From positions 1 to 55,868 of IMG/VR virus record IMGVR_UViG_3300009081_000016: DNA of 55,868 bases; one strand, 5' to 3'. Within the stretch, counting starts at the first letter, position 1; each line of letters begins with the position of its first letter. A program made the position numbers and the translations under genes. The notes beneath the pieces are model-generated. The model did not search any database and had not been told where the DNA came from. It saw only the letters and a list, made by a program, of their open reading frames with translations. Below are positions 26,134-36,719 of the stretch, one piece after another. Source of the stretch: a virus. Taxonomy: Duplodnaviria; Caudoviricetes.

Positions 26134-26163
26134 ATGGTTGATTGTTATTTGGGCAGAATCTTT

Positions 26164-26517
26164 TCAGGCGGGTGAGGGAGAACTTTCGTTTGTGGGTGTA
26201 CTGTTTTCGACAGTGCCTTTCTGCACAATTTCTTCGGCAGAGATGCCAAAGGTTTGGGCGGTGGAGAACAGCATCCGGAGTGCCCCTTCCGCGATCGTAA
26301 GGGCAGTTTCAGCGTCCCGCAATTTGACACGGGAGTTTTCCACATCCCGAAGAGCGGCGGTCTTCTGTGTTTGGATGTTGGAAAATTGCTCTCGAAGATA
26401 CTTCTGTAAACTGCTCTTATCGAGAGGGGGTGGAGCATCTCCGAAGAGACGAATTCTTCCTCCAGGAGAGGTCGGTACGCCTGAAGGGATTTCGGGTGGG
26501 ATCTTTGATTGACTCAT
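26164..26517 (-). CDS. Small coiled-coil protein
   Basis: Heptad-rich LREQFSNIQ...AEGALRML. Confidence 0.65.
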   Translation of the reverse strand: MSQSKIPPEIPSGVPTSPGGRIRLFGDAPPPLDKSSLQKYLREQFSNIQTQKTAALRDVENSRVKLRDAETALTIAEGALRMLFSTAQTFGISAEEIVQKGTVENSTPTNESSPSPA

Positions 26518-26654
26518 GGTTTTAGCCTATTTTAGGGGGGGTTTTCACTTAGTGAAACGTTCGAAGATTAAAAACGAGTCAGACGACTAAAAACAGCTGC
26601 GTTGGGGCCTTAAACGGTGCCCAAAAAGTTTATACCCTGCTTTGTTTCAAAAAA

Positions 26655-28223
26655 CTAAGCTTCAACAAGAACACAGATGTGTCCCGCTACATCCCCTGTT
26701 GTAGCAAGAACCAAAGCCTCTCCTGCGGCTGTTTCAAGCAAATGAGAGGATACTTGACCCACAGCAACTAAGGGAATATTAGCGGCTAAATACATAATAC
26801 CTGAAATAGCAGTTGTAGCTCTTTTGAACTGTACTTGAATAGCCTCCTTTGCAACAAGAACATAACTAACCACCTTGATCTTTTTATCTGTTACACCCGC
26901 AAGGATGGTTATGTCTGAGCTACCTGAAATTGAGAGGAATTGTACATCGGAAGATCTCCCCTGAAGAGTGGCTACTGTCCCACGCCCTGCTGTGTCCACC
27001 TGAATGTTTCGAGCATCTCCCGCACTGTCTACACCTGATATTGGAAGAGAAAAAGAGGGGACATCTGATCCGGGGGTTGATACAGGAATAAACTGTGCAT
27101 TGTTAGCAGTATCTTTTCCAAGAACAGGAATTCCATAAGCAGGGGTACTCACTAAGGCATTTCCCTGCGTCACTAAATCCAGTGGATAGCCTGTATCGTT
27201 GTCTACAATTTTTACGCTCCCCGACACAATGGCCGCACGAGCATTTACCCAAAGTGCCCCATAGTCATCTGTAATAAGGGGGATATAGTCAAACTCGTCC
27301 CCTGCTAAAGCAGTGCAGTCTTTGTTTCTAACTGCCAAAGCCATCACCCCAACGTCCCCAGATGTATGAGCCGCGTCCTCTGCCTTCCCTAAATTGGTTG
27401 CTGCTACACCGGGGACAATAGCACTTACCCCCACAGTTCCATCTACTGTAATAGTATTTCCACCGTCTTGAATGGTTACAGTTCCTGTAATACCGGGGAG
27501 AGAAGATACAGCTACAGTTCCATCTACAGTTATTGTATTTCCCCCATCTTGAACAATTAACCCGCTTCCCGCAGCCGTTACCAAGACAGAATAGTCTGCG
27601 GCCAATTGTAAAGCTCCGTAACCGTCTGCGCCAACAGAGTATCCCCCTATTGGAACAAAATAAAGATTAATATTATCGTCCTGATAGAGAGTCAGATCAT
27701 GTGTTCCATCCGTGAGCCTAACCCTTCCAATATAGTTTGTGGTAGCCTCAGCACGGATGGATAAATGACCAGAGGAGCTTATTTTAGAGTGATAGACATT
27801 TCCAGAATAGTCCGTTCCTAATAACATAACCCCATAGGGGGTACCTGTTCCAGCACTTTGATATTCTCTTGGACCCGGATAGGAGGATACAGCTACTGAT
27901 CCATCTACTGTAATGGTGTTTCCACCATCAGCAATGTTAACATTCCATGCCCCACTTTGAGTCGCAGCGACTGTTCCATCTACTGTAATGGTATTTCCGC
28001 CATCTTGGATGGTCACAGTTCCCGTAATGCTGGGGAGAGAGAGAACGTCTATCTGAAGATGCCCTGCTGCATCTGTTAAAATCAACTGTGCTTGTGACCC
28101 GTCTGACCCCATTAATAGAGGAGAGTAGGGAGTACCCACAATCTCCACACCAGCGGGGTGAAGGGTCAGGCTGTGTACATCATTTGTTGCATGGATGTAG
28201 ACGTCAGTTGGATCGAAGCTCAT
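26655..28223 (-). CDS. Tail fibre/spike-like protein with internal repeats
   Basis: Four DGGNTITVDG(T/S)V repeats; G/T/V-rich; distal end of the tail operon. Confidence 0.65.
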   Translation of the reverse strand: MSFDPTDVYIHATNDVHSLTLHPAGVEIVGTPYSPLLMGSDGSQAQLILTDAAGHLQIDVLSLPSITGTVTIQDGGNTITVDGTVAATQSGAWNVNIADGGNTITVDGSVAVSSYPGPREYQSAGTGTPYGVMLLGTDYSGNVYHSKISSSGHLSIRAEATTNYIGRVRLTDGTHDLTLYQDDNINLYFVPIGGYSVGADGYGALQLAADYSVLVTAAGSGLIVQDGGNTITVDGTVAVSSLPGITGTVTIQDGGNTITVDGTVGVSAIVPGVAATNLGKAEDAAHTSGDVGVMALAVRNKDCTALAGDEFDYIPLITDDYGALWVNARAAIVSGSVKIVDNDTGYPLDLVTQGNALVSTPAYGIPVLGKDTANNAQFIPVSTPGSDVPSFSLPISGVDSAGDARNIQVDTAGRGTVATLQGRSSDVQFLSISGSSDITILAGVTDKKIKVVSYVLVAKEAIQVQFKRATTAISGIMYLAANIPLVAVGQVSSHLLETAAGEALVLATTGDVAGHICVLVEA

Positions 28224-28747
28224 ACGACGGCCTCTCCGGTTAGCATGGAGTAGTAGTCTACTGAAGCTGCGGTATTGTTGATGATGTTAAGAGTTACTGT
28301 GGTTGAATCTTCAATTACAATTGGATTGGGGAACGACCACAGACCGTTTCTTTCAACGTTATGGATTCTCCACTTCAGAGTTTTAGCTACTCCTCCGTCT
28401 GGAGTGAAGGTCAACGTAATTGTTGCATCCCCATCTCCATAAACGTAGAACCCCCGAAGCTTGAAGGAGGTCATACTTTGAGAGATAACATTACTGTTCC
28501 CCGCCCCAGCAATACTGTTGGGGTTGGTTCCAAAGTAAACTACTGCGTCAGCCACGTCTCCTCCTGTTCCACCTCCGTGTGCAGCAATGTAATCCAACAC
28601 ATCTTGAGCGAGTGCAGCAAGAGGTAGGGGTCTTGACCATTTATCCAATCGCACCTTACCCTGTCCGTTGACGTCCAAACCCAGTATTTCGTGCGAGAGG
28701 GACTTAACACCAACACTTCTATCCGGTACGGGGGGGTTTGTAGACAT
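28220..28747 (-). CDS. Virion structural protein (tail region)
   Basis: Beta-rich, coupled within the tail operon. Confidence 0.6.
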   Translation of the reverse strand: MSTNPPVPDRSVGVKSLSHEILGLDVNGQGKVRLDKWSRPLPLAALAQDVLDYIAAHGGGTGGDVADAVVYFGTNPNSIAGAGNSNVISQSMTSFKLRGFYVYGDGDATITLTFTPDGGVAKTLKWRIHNVERNGLWSFPNPIVIEDSTTVTLNIINNTAASVDYYSMLTGEAVV

Positions 28748-28748
28748 C

Positions 28749-30083
28749 CTACTGCACCTGTAACGTTAGATTAGCGTAGAGCGTAAGTACGTTACTGCCA
28801 TCTGGCTTTACATGTACCGTGAACTCTTGTGGCTCTATATAGGTACTAGGGATCACGAGTTCGGATGACGTATACCATGCCGCATCCCCACTCTTAACTA
28901 CCAATGCTCCCTGAACCCCGGAGGTAACGTGCTCCAAGACAACGTCAGCTTGACCGCTACCTGCAACGTTACCGTAAACCAACAGACGTATTCTTTGAAA
29001 GGATTCCGAGGTTGGGTCAAGCCACACACGGGCGACAATTGTTAGTGTGCCGGAACTCTGAGTCCAAGAAGACAACGTTGGGGTCGCCCCAGGAGTTAGT
29101 GCACCGGACGCAGCCAATGTTGGGTTTGTCCAGATGGTGCGCCACAATTCTGTGACTGCGGGATACTGTAGATGCCACAACACACCCAACTTCGAATCCA
29201 GCTCCAGCAGTGCGCTCTTCAGGGCGGATGCTGAATTTGCGGAAACCCGACTCAGAAATACGGAACCGGTATAATCGAAATCTCCCGTGTGGTATTTAGT
29301 AACGACTTCGTACCACTTGCTGTCCGGAGCGTAAATTTCTACAGCACCCCAAGTACCACTTCCAGAGGGGGAGGTGTCGAATTGAATATCCGCGCCATTT
29401 CCGTTTCCGGAGATGCCGGAAGCGTCGAACATAAGAGGGCCAGCATTCGCCCCGCTGGCTACACCTGTTATTCCCCCACCTGTGATGACTCCGGTACTGG
29501 AATTACGCCACGTATTCACTTCCGTTTCGGTGTAATACCGTCCATCGTGGGTATGGTATGCCGAAGCGTCAATGACCACCGAAGGGCCACAAACAGCAAC
29601 CAACGCAGCGTTGGTTATCGAAGATAGAGTGCTCTGAAGAGCGGTAATGGCCGTAGCGTTGGCCTTTACGGTCTCCGTTGTTCGGCCGGATCCCGCTATT
29701 TCCGCAAGAGCACCTTCCACTGTCGTAGCCGTATATCGCCCTCCGGAATCCTTTATCCCAATTCGTTCCGCCCCAGCAGTTCCGGATAGGGATCCGGTAT
29801 CCCCCAACTGAGTGGTCGAGGTCGCGTCGGCTCCCGAAATCCACTCGTCGGTTAGTTCATCCTGCGGAGAACCGGAAACCACGATGGTGTATTGGTTTGT
29901 TTCCGGGATGGTGATTCTGTAGCAGCCACTCCCTACTGGATCCTCTGTTGCCGTAGAAATTGTAGAGCCAGCTGAGCGGCCATTGATGGGAGCAGACCCA
30001 TATTTCAACGTAACCGTTGGACTGGTTGTATCTACTGCACCAGTGAGAGGCGCACAGATAACAACCCACTTGTAAGACGCCAT
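28749..30083 (-). CDS. Tail fibre protein
   Basis: GAERIGIKD, TVEGALAE, HTHDGRYYTETEV fibre motifs. Confidence 0.75.
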   Translation of the reverse strand: MASYKWVVICAPLTGAVDTTSPTVTLKYGSAPINGRSAGSTISTATEDPVGSGCYRITIPETNQYTIVVSGSPQDELTDEWISGADATSTTQLGDTGSLSGTAGAERIGIKDSGGRYTATTVEGALAEIAGSGRTTETVKANATAITALQSTLSSITNAALVAVCGPSVVIDASAYHTHDGRYYTETEVNTWRNSSTGVITGGGITGVASGANAGPLMFDASGISGNGNGADIQFDTSPSGSGTWGAVEIYAPDSKWYEVVTKYHTGDFDYTGSVFLSRVSANSASALKSALLELDSKLGVLWHLQYPAVTELWRTIWTNPTLAASGALTPGATPTLSSWTQSSGTLTIVARVWLDPTSESFQRIRLLVYGNVAGSGQADVVLEHVTSGVQGALVVKSGDAAWYTSSELVIPSTYIEPQEFTVHVKPDGSNVLTLYANLTLQVQ

Positions 30084-30096
30084 CTAATCTACCTCC

Positions 30097-30627
30097 TCAA
30101 CAAAGGCTAACAACATTTGAAGCGGGTGAAGTAACTTGTTTCCTTCGAGCGGGCATCTGGAGCCACCGAGTCCCTGATTTTCCGGAACGACACAAACGCA
30201 GATTGTCACGATCGGGGACTTTGGAGATTAAGTATGCTGCTTCGTAGTCCAAAACAACACGGGCAACGCTGCTGTTCTTTGGATCCTCCGGTTCGATAAT
30301 AGAGTTTTCCGTTAATTGCATGGTGTAGCATATTAACGGTTCATCTGCATAAGGCCATACCACCACGCAGTCAGCGATACTGAACGCAGCGAACACATCC
30401 TCCAAGGTTTCCGCATCAGTTATTATATAGGTCAGTGTCAGGTTAGGCCGAATTCCGGCCCGTTCATTATTCCTAACCCTACGTACGGACGTAAAGGCTT
30501 CGCATTCAGGGACATACCGTAGAGCACGGTTGGTGGGTGCTGGAAGAGAAAGAGTAAGGTCTCCTCCTGAGGTGGAGGACCGCCACTTTACCTTAACGCC
30601 CCCAGTTCCAAAAGAATCAAAACTCAT
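30097..30627 (-). CDS. Tail tip protein (Dit-like, uncertain)
   Basis: Position and size in the tail operon. Confidence 0.5.
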   Translation of the reverse strand: MSFDSFGTGGVKVKWRSSTSGGDLTLSLPAPTNRALRYVPECEAFTSVRRVRNNERAGIRPNLTLTYIITDAETLEDVFAAFSIADCVVVWPYADEPLICYTMQLTENSIIEPEDPKNSSVARVVLDYEAAYLISKVPDRDNLRLCRSGKSGTRWLQMPARRKQVTSPASNVVSLC

Positions 30628-32978
30628 TGGGATATCCTTCTTTCAGTGTCTCTAAGCCGATCGGTAACTATAGTTGAGGTCTGACCCTGACGAGAAATCT
30701 TTCGAACCAAAAGCAACTCCGGAATCTCGGGAACCCATAGCCCATCCCCGACTTTCAATGCAAGAGCCCAAGTGGGAACGTGCGAACCAACCATCGGGAT
30801 GTCTATCTCCACCGACCCCAATATGAGACGAAAATAATCGTTGTAATAATAGTAATCCACCTTGTTTCGATACGATTCCGGTAGACCCGTAAGGAGAGGA
30901 AAGTTTATTTCCGGTATGTCCTCTTTGGAGGCATAGTTCTCGTCCTTAATGCGTATATCGCTAATGGAGAGGGGATCTACAGAATAGACGGATGTGGGAT
31001 AGGGAGGAGACACTCTCGAGCGGAATCCAACGGCTATATTTGAGGGGCCTCGATCCTCCACAACGGGAACGGAGTTGGTTAACTTCGATATCAGTTCTAT
31101 CACATCCGTTGCTCGTGCGTTTTCAAATGCGTAACATAAACGGTCGAAGAATATATCTCCCGAATAAATCAGCGCCTCCCCCATACGTTGGTATGTTCCA
31201 ACTGTTTCGGGGGGAAGATTTTCCCAAGGTTGATCAAAATACAGCCACTCTCTCCCCCCCTGTCTCCCGTTCAGATCAGGGGATGTTTCGCAGAAAAACC
31301 GAGGGGACCCCAAAAATAAACCAAAATTATTGGGCGGAAGTATCCACGGCGGAGGAGTGCTGGGGCGTCCATTGCTATCCGTAAGAGGTTTTTTACCCCA
31401 TGCTCTCAATAACTTTTCGTTGTCTTCCCATCTCCAATCCTGTCCCAGAGTAAATTCACTGTTGTTATTTATTCTAATCCCAACCGGGATGTGTGCCGCT
31501 GTTTCCTTGACATCGAATAGATCTCCCGATGTTGTATTTAGGCCCTTCATGTGCAAAGCAATTTCGGACACCCAACTGAACACCTGAGAGGTACCTTCTC
31601 GTTCAACATATCTTCGAGACTGGAACCACCCAAAATATACGATATTCGAGGCTGAGGGATCCTTAAAGCCCACAAAGGCAAACATGGAACCATCCGGGTG
31701 TTCGGAGGCATATAGATCTGGGTGTGCGTGCCGATCTACTTCAACAGAACTCCACAGGTTGTTTGGTAGTCGAGACCAATTGCTGGTGTTTCCACTTTCG
31801 TACGCCAAATAACTATAGGGAGGGTTGTCAAATTGGTAGGTGGCTATCTGAGTTAGTTCCACTACGTTTACAAGTTCGTATACCGTTACTTCCCACTGGT
31901 CTTTCCACACAAAAACCAAGACACGATGCAGGGGAGCGCTGCCTGATAGCAGCATTCCGACGTGCCATACTCCCGTAGATACTGCAACTGCACCTCGCTT
32001 AACCACCAGACTGGGAACCGAACCAGAACGAAGAAACGTTGGCCACTTATTTCGTCCGCACAACCTCAAATATGTATTTACTCCCTCAAGAGCATCATCC
32101 AGCATCTGATCCAGACTCACAAAGGGCAACCCTCTTGTACCCCAAACGCGCCATCCCGGGATCGACACCCCGTTATACCCTCCGGAAATTGGACGGTAAT
32201 AGAGGGGTCCCTCTGTAATTCGTCTCGTTCCCGTATAGCTGTCGAATATGTTAACTCGATCCAACACAGCGTCATCTCCGGGGAGCAACCGTCCTGGGGC
32301 GTAGTACGTATCTGGTTCGACATACGTAATAACATCCCTCTTCATGTTCTCCAACCGTGTTGTATATTCCTCCTCTGTTTCCGTATCTTCCTTTGTTGGT
32401 ATGGGGATCTCCGGAGGTATTCGTCTGTCCGTACGTCGAAAAAGTTCGAATGTCCGATTTGGGCGATCTGAATCTATGTACGTGGAACACTTACCCAGAA
32501 GACAGATTCGAAGTACCGCCGAAAAGTTACAGCAATTCACGGTAGTCTTCATAAACCTGCCAATTCGGGGGCGAGTAGAAATTCCATCGGCTTCAATATA
32601 ACCGTACATAACTCGCGCTTCTTCCCAGGTACCTGAAATGAGGCAGCGCCTATAGATTTCAACTCGGGAATCGTAGGTCAGACGGCATTGACCTAAACCC
32701 TCTATCGTTATTCCAACCCTCCAATCCCCCCGCAATTCCAAGGACACAGAGGAAGCGTAGAAGGTGAAGAGTCCATCCTCTTCCTCTGTTCCATCCACAA
32801 TCCCCTGCTCGGACAAGTCGATGCTTACCCAAGAAGAAATATCGAAGAAGGGGAACAGAGTCTCGACTCCGCTAACAGCGTCCACACAAAGTACGTCTGC
32901 AAGAACTCGAAAGTGCTGACTGAGCGCTGTGTTCATCCTAACCTGCCAACTTTCTACTATTACGTTTTCTCTTTCCAA
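30624..32978 (-). CDS. Large tail tip/baseplate hub protein
   Basis: Follows tape measure; C-terminal LKVGDGL...VRKIS hub-like pattern. Confidence 0.6.
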   Translation of the reverse strand: MERENVIVESWQVRMNTALSQHFRVLADVLCVDAVSGVETLFPFFDISSWVSIDLSEQGIVDGTEEEDGLFTFYASSVSLELRGDWRVGITIEGLGQCRLTYDSRVEIYRRCLISGTWEEARVMYGYIEADGISTRPRIGRFMKTTVNCCNFSAVLRICLLGKCSTYIDSDRPNRTFELFRRTDRRIPPEIPIPTKEDTETEEEYTTRLENMKRDVITYVEPDTYYAPGRLLPGDDAVLDRVNIFDSYTGTRRITEGPLYYRPISGGYNGVSIPGWRVWGTRGLPFVSLDQMLDDALEGVNTYLRLCGRNKWPTFLRSGSVPSLVVKRGAVAVSTGVWHVGMLLSGSAPLHRVLVFVWKDQWEVTVYELVNVVELTQIATYQFDNPPYSYLAYESGNTSNWSRLPNNLWSSVEVDRHAHPDLYASEHPDGSMFAFVGFKDPSASNIVYFGWFQSRRYVEREGTSQVFSWVSEIALHMKGLNTTSGDLFDVKETAAHIPVGIRINNNSEFTLGQDWRWEDNEKLLRAWGKKPLTDSNGRPSTPPPWILPPNNFGLFLGSPRFFCETSPDLNGRQGGREWLYFDQPWENLPPETVGTYQRMGEALIYSGDIFFDRLCYAFENARATDVIELISKLTNSVPVVEDRGPSNIAVGFRSRVSPPYPTSVYSVDPLSISDIRIKDENYASKEDIPEINFPLLTGLPESYRNKVDYYYYNDYFRLILGSVEIDIPMVGSHVPTWALALKVGDGLWVPEIPELLLVRKISRQGQTSTIVTDRLRDTERRISQ

Positions 32979-35900
32979 CCTCAGTTGTTATTGATAACCC
33001 CTCGGCAGTCGCCCTCTCTGATATCCGAACATGCGTTTCGGGCTGATTTTTAAGATCCGAACGTAGGTTTCTTATCTCCCGTACAACGAGAAGACTTGAA
33101 TCTTGGCTGTTTCTCTGAATTCGGTAAGTCTCCCCCATCGAAACAGCAATTTGTCTCCGTACCGAAGACATGATGTCCGCACCCGAATTGATGTATTCCA
33201 AAGCAGGCCGATTAATCGCTGTTCCGTGGGGATTAACAACGTATTCCCCATCTGTTACCTTTATAACTTTCTCTCCTGAAGCCTGAACGTACCCACCTGA
33301 ATGGAAGATACCAAAGGGGATCCCCAAAAAGGCCAGAGGGAGAGTTAGCCATCCCAAAACTCCCATACCCGCTTCGGCGCCCATGACCGCCAGTTTTGAT
33401 TTCTTAGCCACTGTGGAAGCCTGATCCGCCGTTGTTTCTGCCGTGGTGGCGCCAGTTCTCCCTATAGCAGCACCGATTACCGCAGGAGTAATGGCAACAC
33501 CCCCAGCGTCCGCTGCAGTTTTGCCAACTTGAGCAGCTGTTGAAGACATGGTTGCGGCAGTCTCCTGACGAATACTGTGCAACCTCAGAATCGAAGTTAG
33601 TTGTTTAGTTATAACACCTCGTCTATCGGCGTTTTCCCGGACTTCGGTGCTGAAAAGATAGGCAGCTGTCTCCTCCGCGAGGCGTGACAGAATTGCATTT
33701 GTAAAACTACGCCATATCCGTTCTCGTCTTTCCTTACCCGTCATTTCGATATCACCGAAACTCTGAACGGTGTCCATATACACACTGCGAACTGCCTGCA
33801 AATTATTTATCTTCAGAGAGTTTTCCTGCTCCCACATCTCTATTCGTTTGGAATTTTCCTCCCGGAGTCCTTCTGTTATCTGACGTTCTATGGAAACGAG
33901 TTGGGCAGCATATTCCCAATAACGATTTTCCCCCTCCTTGGTAGTTCGATCTACCCACTTTAGTTGTTCCTGTAGATATTTACGTTGATCCTCCAACGCA
34001 GAGCGAGAAACTTCGGCGCGATTTCGGAGTTGGGATTCCCGGTTTTTTCTTTCCGTTTCCCGTTCCTTTTCTGCCGCTTGGTCGTTCATTACACTTACGG
34101 CCGTATTTACCTGTCCTTGTAGCTTTTCGGCCTCCTTAATTAGTCCCCCCTTCCTAAGTTCTTTTATTTTTGCATCCTGTTCAGACGCCCATTGCAGTAT
34201 ACGTATTCTCTCTTGTTCGCCTTCATCCTTAGTAATTGCTATCTGCAATTCCCAAGACATCTCCCGTGCCTTATCCAAAATTTTGGGGTCAATCGGTGAT
34301 CTCTTTTCTACAGGAGGTTTGGGCATTCCTTTTGCTTCGATTTCCGAAATACTCTTTTCAATAGCCAAAAGCTTTTCCCGTTTTTTGTACGTATCCTCCG
34401 CAAACTTTTGCAAATCAGACCAATACTTTATTGCTTCCTGCATTGTTTTCAAGTCTTCAACATCGGCTCCGGGAGAAGAAAGAATTCCTCGTTGCACCTC
34501 TCTGAGCCTCTTTATTGTATTTCCGTACTCCAGTTGAAACTCATCGAGTGCTGCTTTTGCGGTATCGATGTTAGAAGACGCTAGTGTTTCAATCAACTGA
34601 GAATACTGAGGCGCTTCTACCGTGTCCCCAATTCGTGCAGACAACCAATCCGTAAACTCTCCAATAGTCTTCTGGGCTCGCCGAGTTCCCGCTGGGATAT
34701 CCTTAAACGGCTGTAATAATACACCCTCCAGTCCAGCGGCTTCCTTCTCCAGATCGGCAACGGTAAAGGAAGAAACTTCTTTATCCAAATCCGCAATGGT
34801 ATTCTTAAGCCGAGTATAGGCTTCGTCCAGATTATCTACACCCCCAACCAGATCTGGGACCAACCGTGTAAGATCGGAAAGAAGTTCTCCTAACTGCTTC
34901 TGTCCTTCTGCAGTCTTTCTTCCCTCTTCATAGAGCGTTATATATTGACGGGCCAGATTGAGCGCCTGTTCTCGGAATGTTCTAAAGGACTCTTCCCCCC
35001 GAGAAGCCTCCTCCCGGAGTTCCCGTTCTTGGTCGGTTGCGCTTTCGGCGGATGACGTAAAATCCTCCATGGCAGAGGAGGTAAGTCCAACAATGGAAAA
35101 GATGGAAGTAAAGGCAATAACGGCCCAACCGATAGGCCCGAGTTTCAACCACAGTAAATCAAAGCGTCGGGTTAGGAGGAGAACTGCGGCACTAATAGCC
35201 GTAAATGCTAAGATTCCGATATGAACGGCCTTAGGAATCTTTTCTCCCAGCATTAGACCTAACGCTGAAGCTACAAGAATAAGTCCACCAACGGTTGCCT
35301 TGTACCGAAGAGCGGACATTGCTGCCTTGTCGGCAGTTAGAGCCGTAAGTCCCCAAGCCACGACACCCTTGTACAGAGCAGAAGTAAATCTAACCACCAC
35401 TGCGTAAACGAAGAAATTCTCTATGGCCTTGGGATGCTTTACCAACCAGGTAACAATCTGTACAACAAAACCGACAACCCTTCCCAGCGAACGGCCCAAA
35501 GTCTCGAACACCTGATTCAAATCGGCATTCTTCATTCCTTCTTTGTAAAACTGAGTAAGGGATACGATAATGAGAGAGAAGGCTTTCTGTAGGTGGGTGC
35601 CCAACTGAACCTTGAACTCTTCCTGATAGCGCTCCAACGAAGTGAGTTGCTTCCCAGCCTTGGTCATGGAGGCTTCGTAGGTTCCGGTAATGCGCGATCC
35701 GGCCACCAACACTTCGTTCAGAGCAATCTGTTGCTTTTCCTGCGACGTTATCTGTTCAGCAGATTTTCCCTGGGCCTTCCCATATCGTGCATAGGCGCGC
35801 TCCAAATCTACAATGATTCCGTAGGTTCTTAGAACCCTTGGCATCAGGGTTACAATTCCATGAATCATACCCTGCAAGGTTTCGCTGGAATTCTGATTTG

Positions 35901-36393
35901 CAATTACCGCCGCATCCTGGGCCACTCGAGCAACCTTAGCCACCTGACGAAGATCCAATCCCGCTTGTATGAATCGAGTCGTAGCTTCGTTAGCAACAAT
36001 TTGGGTGATGCCTAAATTCTCAACAGCCTTCGTGTACTTTCGTACTTCCTCCGCCGAGTAACCCGCAGTCTTTCCAACCTGCTCGGATACGACTTCAAGG
36101 ACTTCGACTCGCGCAGCGAGATAAGTTATGTCCCGAAGAAACCCGTATATTTTGCTAACCGCAAATGCGCCAACAACGAGGCCCGATAGTCTCCGGAGGG
36201 GATCGGCCACCGCGACAGTAGCATCGTGTACCTTCTTGGTTGCCGTTACTACCTTATTGAACTCCTGAGTCCACCGATTAACGGTGTTCTTAACATCGTT
36301 CTCGGCGTGCTTAAGAGCCTGTTGCACCTGCAGAAGATTACCTCCAATGGTAACTTCCACACCATGCAACTGATTGTAGGTGACCTCACTCAT
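32938..36393 (-). CDS. Tape measure protein
   Basis: 1151 aa, alpha-helical/coiled coil with hydrophobic segments, FHSGGYV...DGEYVVN near the C-terminus. Confidence 0.92.
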   Translation of the reverse strand: MSEVTYNQLHGVEVTIGGNLLQVQQALKHAENDVKNTVNRWTQEFNKVVTATKKVHDATVAVADPLRRLSGLVVGAFAVSKIYGFLRDITYLAARVEVLEVVSEQVGKTAGYSAEEVRKYTKAVENLGITQIVANEATTRFIQAGLDLRQVAKVARVAQDAAVIANQNSSETLQGMIHGIVTLMPRVLRTYGIIVDLERAYARYGKAQGKSAEQITSQEKQQIALNEVLVAGSRITGTYEASMTKAGKQLTSLERYQEEFKVQLGTHLQKAFSLIIVSLTQFYKEGMKNADLNQVFETLGRSLGRVVGFVVQIVTWLVKHPKAIENFFVYAVVVRFTSALYKGVVAWGLTALTADKAAMSALRYKATVGGLILVASALGLMLGEKIPKAVHIGILAFTAISAAVLLLTRRFDLLWLKLGPIGWAVIAFTSIFSIVGLTSSAMEDFTSSAESATDQERELREEASRGEESFRTFREQALNLARQYITLYEEGRKTAEGQKQLGELLSDLTRLVPDLVGGVDNLDEAYTRLKNTIADLDKEVSSFTVADLEKEAAGLEGVLLQPFKDIPAGTRRAQKTIGEFTDWLSARIGDTVEAPQYSQLIETLASSNIDTAKAALDEFQLEYGNTIKRLREVQRGILSSPGADVEDLKTMQEAIKYWSDLQKFAEDTYKKREKLLAIEKSISEIEAKGMPKPPVEKRSPIDPKILDKAREMSWELQIAITKDEGEQERIRILQWASEQDAKIKELRKGGLIKEAEKLQGQVNTAVSVMNDQAAEKERETERKNRESQLRNRAEVSRSALEDQRKYLQEQLKWVDRTTKEGENRYWEYAAQLVSIERQITEGLREENSKRIEMWEQENSLKINNLQAVRSVYMDTVQSFGDIEMTGKERRERIWRSFTNAILSRLAEETAAYLFSTEVRENADRRGVITKQLTSILRLHSIRQETAATMSSTAAQVGKTAADAGGVAITPAVIGAAIGRTGATTAETTADQASTVAKKSKLAVMGAEAGMGVLGWLTLPLAFLGIPFGIFHSGGYVQASGEKVIKVTDGEYVVNPHGTAINRPALEYINSGADIMSSVRRQIAVSMGETYRIQRNSQDSSLLVVREIRNLRSDLKNQPETHVRISERATAEGLSITTEVGKRKRNSRKLAG

Positions 36394-36719
36394 GTTTTTA
36401 CCTGACGAATTTCCATTCCGGTCTTTTCCGCAAAACTGCGTATGGACAAATCACTATCAATTTCCTTTTCTTCCATAGTAGACTGCGGATCTCGCATTTC
36501 AATGGCCTTCTCTATCCGACGAAGATTCTCCTCCAACTCGTCTACGTCCTCCGCTCCGTGACAACGGGCCACAAATATTCGATCGGCAATTACGTCCCGT
36601 GTACGTCTTAGATTCTCAAGTTGTTGAGAACGTAACAGCCGCAGGGCATCTACGAGGGTGAAATACCAACGGATATAACACACCGATTCGGGTTGCCCCT
36701 TGGATAATTCGAATATCAA
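36390..36719 (-). CDS. Tail assembly chaperone, frameshift extension (gpT-like)
   Basis: This -1 frame is open from the T7 slippery site at 36842-36836 through to 36390. Confidence 0.8.
   Translation of the reverse strand: MIFELSKGQPESVCYIRWYFTLVDALRLLRSQQLENLRRTRDVIADRIFVARCHGAEDVDELEENLRRIEKAIEMRDPQSTMEEKEIDSDLSIRSFAEKTGMEIRQVKT

Noticed and set aside
27430-28030. CRISPR array or DGR template/variable repeats
   Set aside because: The repeats are in-frame peptide repeats with synonymous variation; no cas or reverse transcriptase gene was seen.
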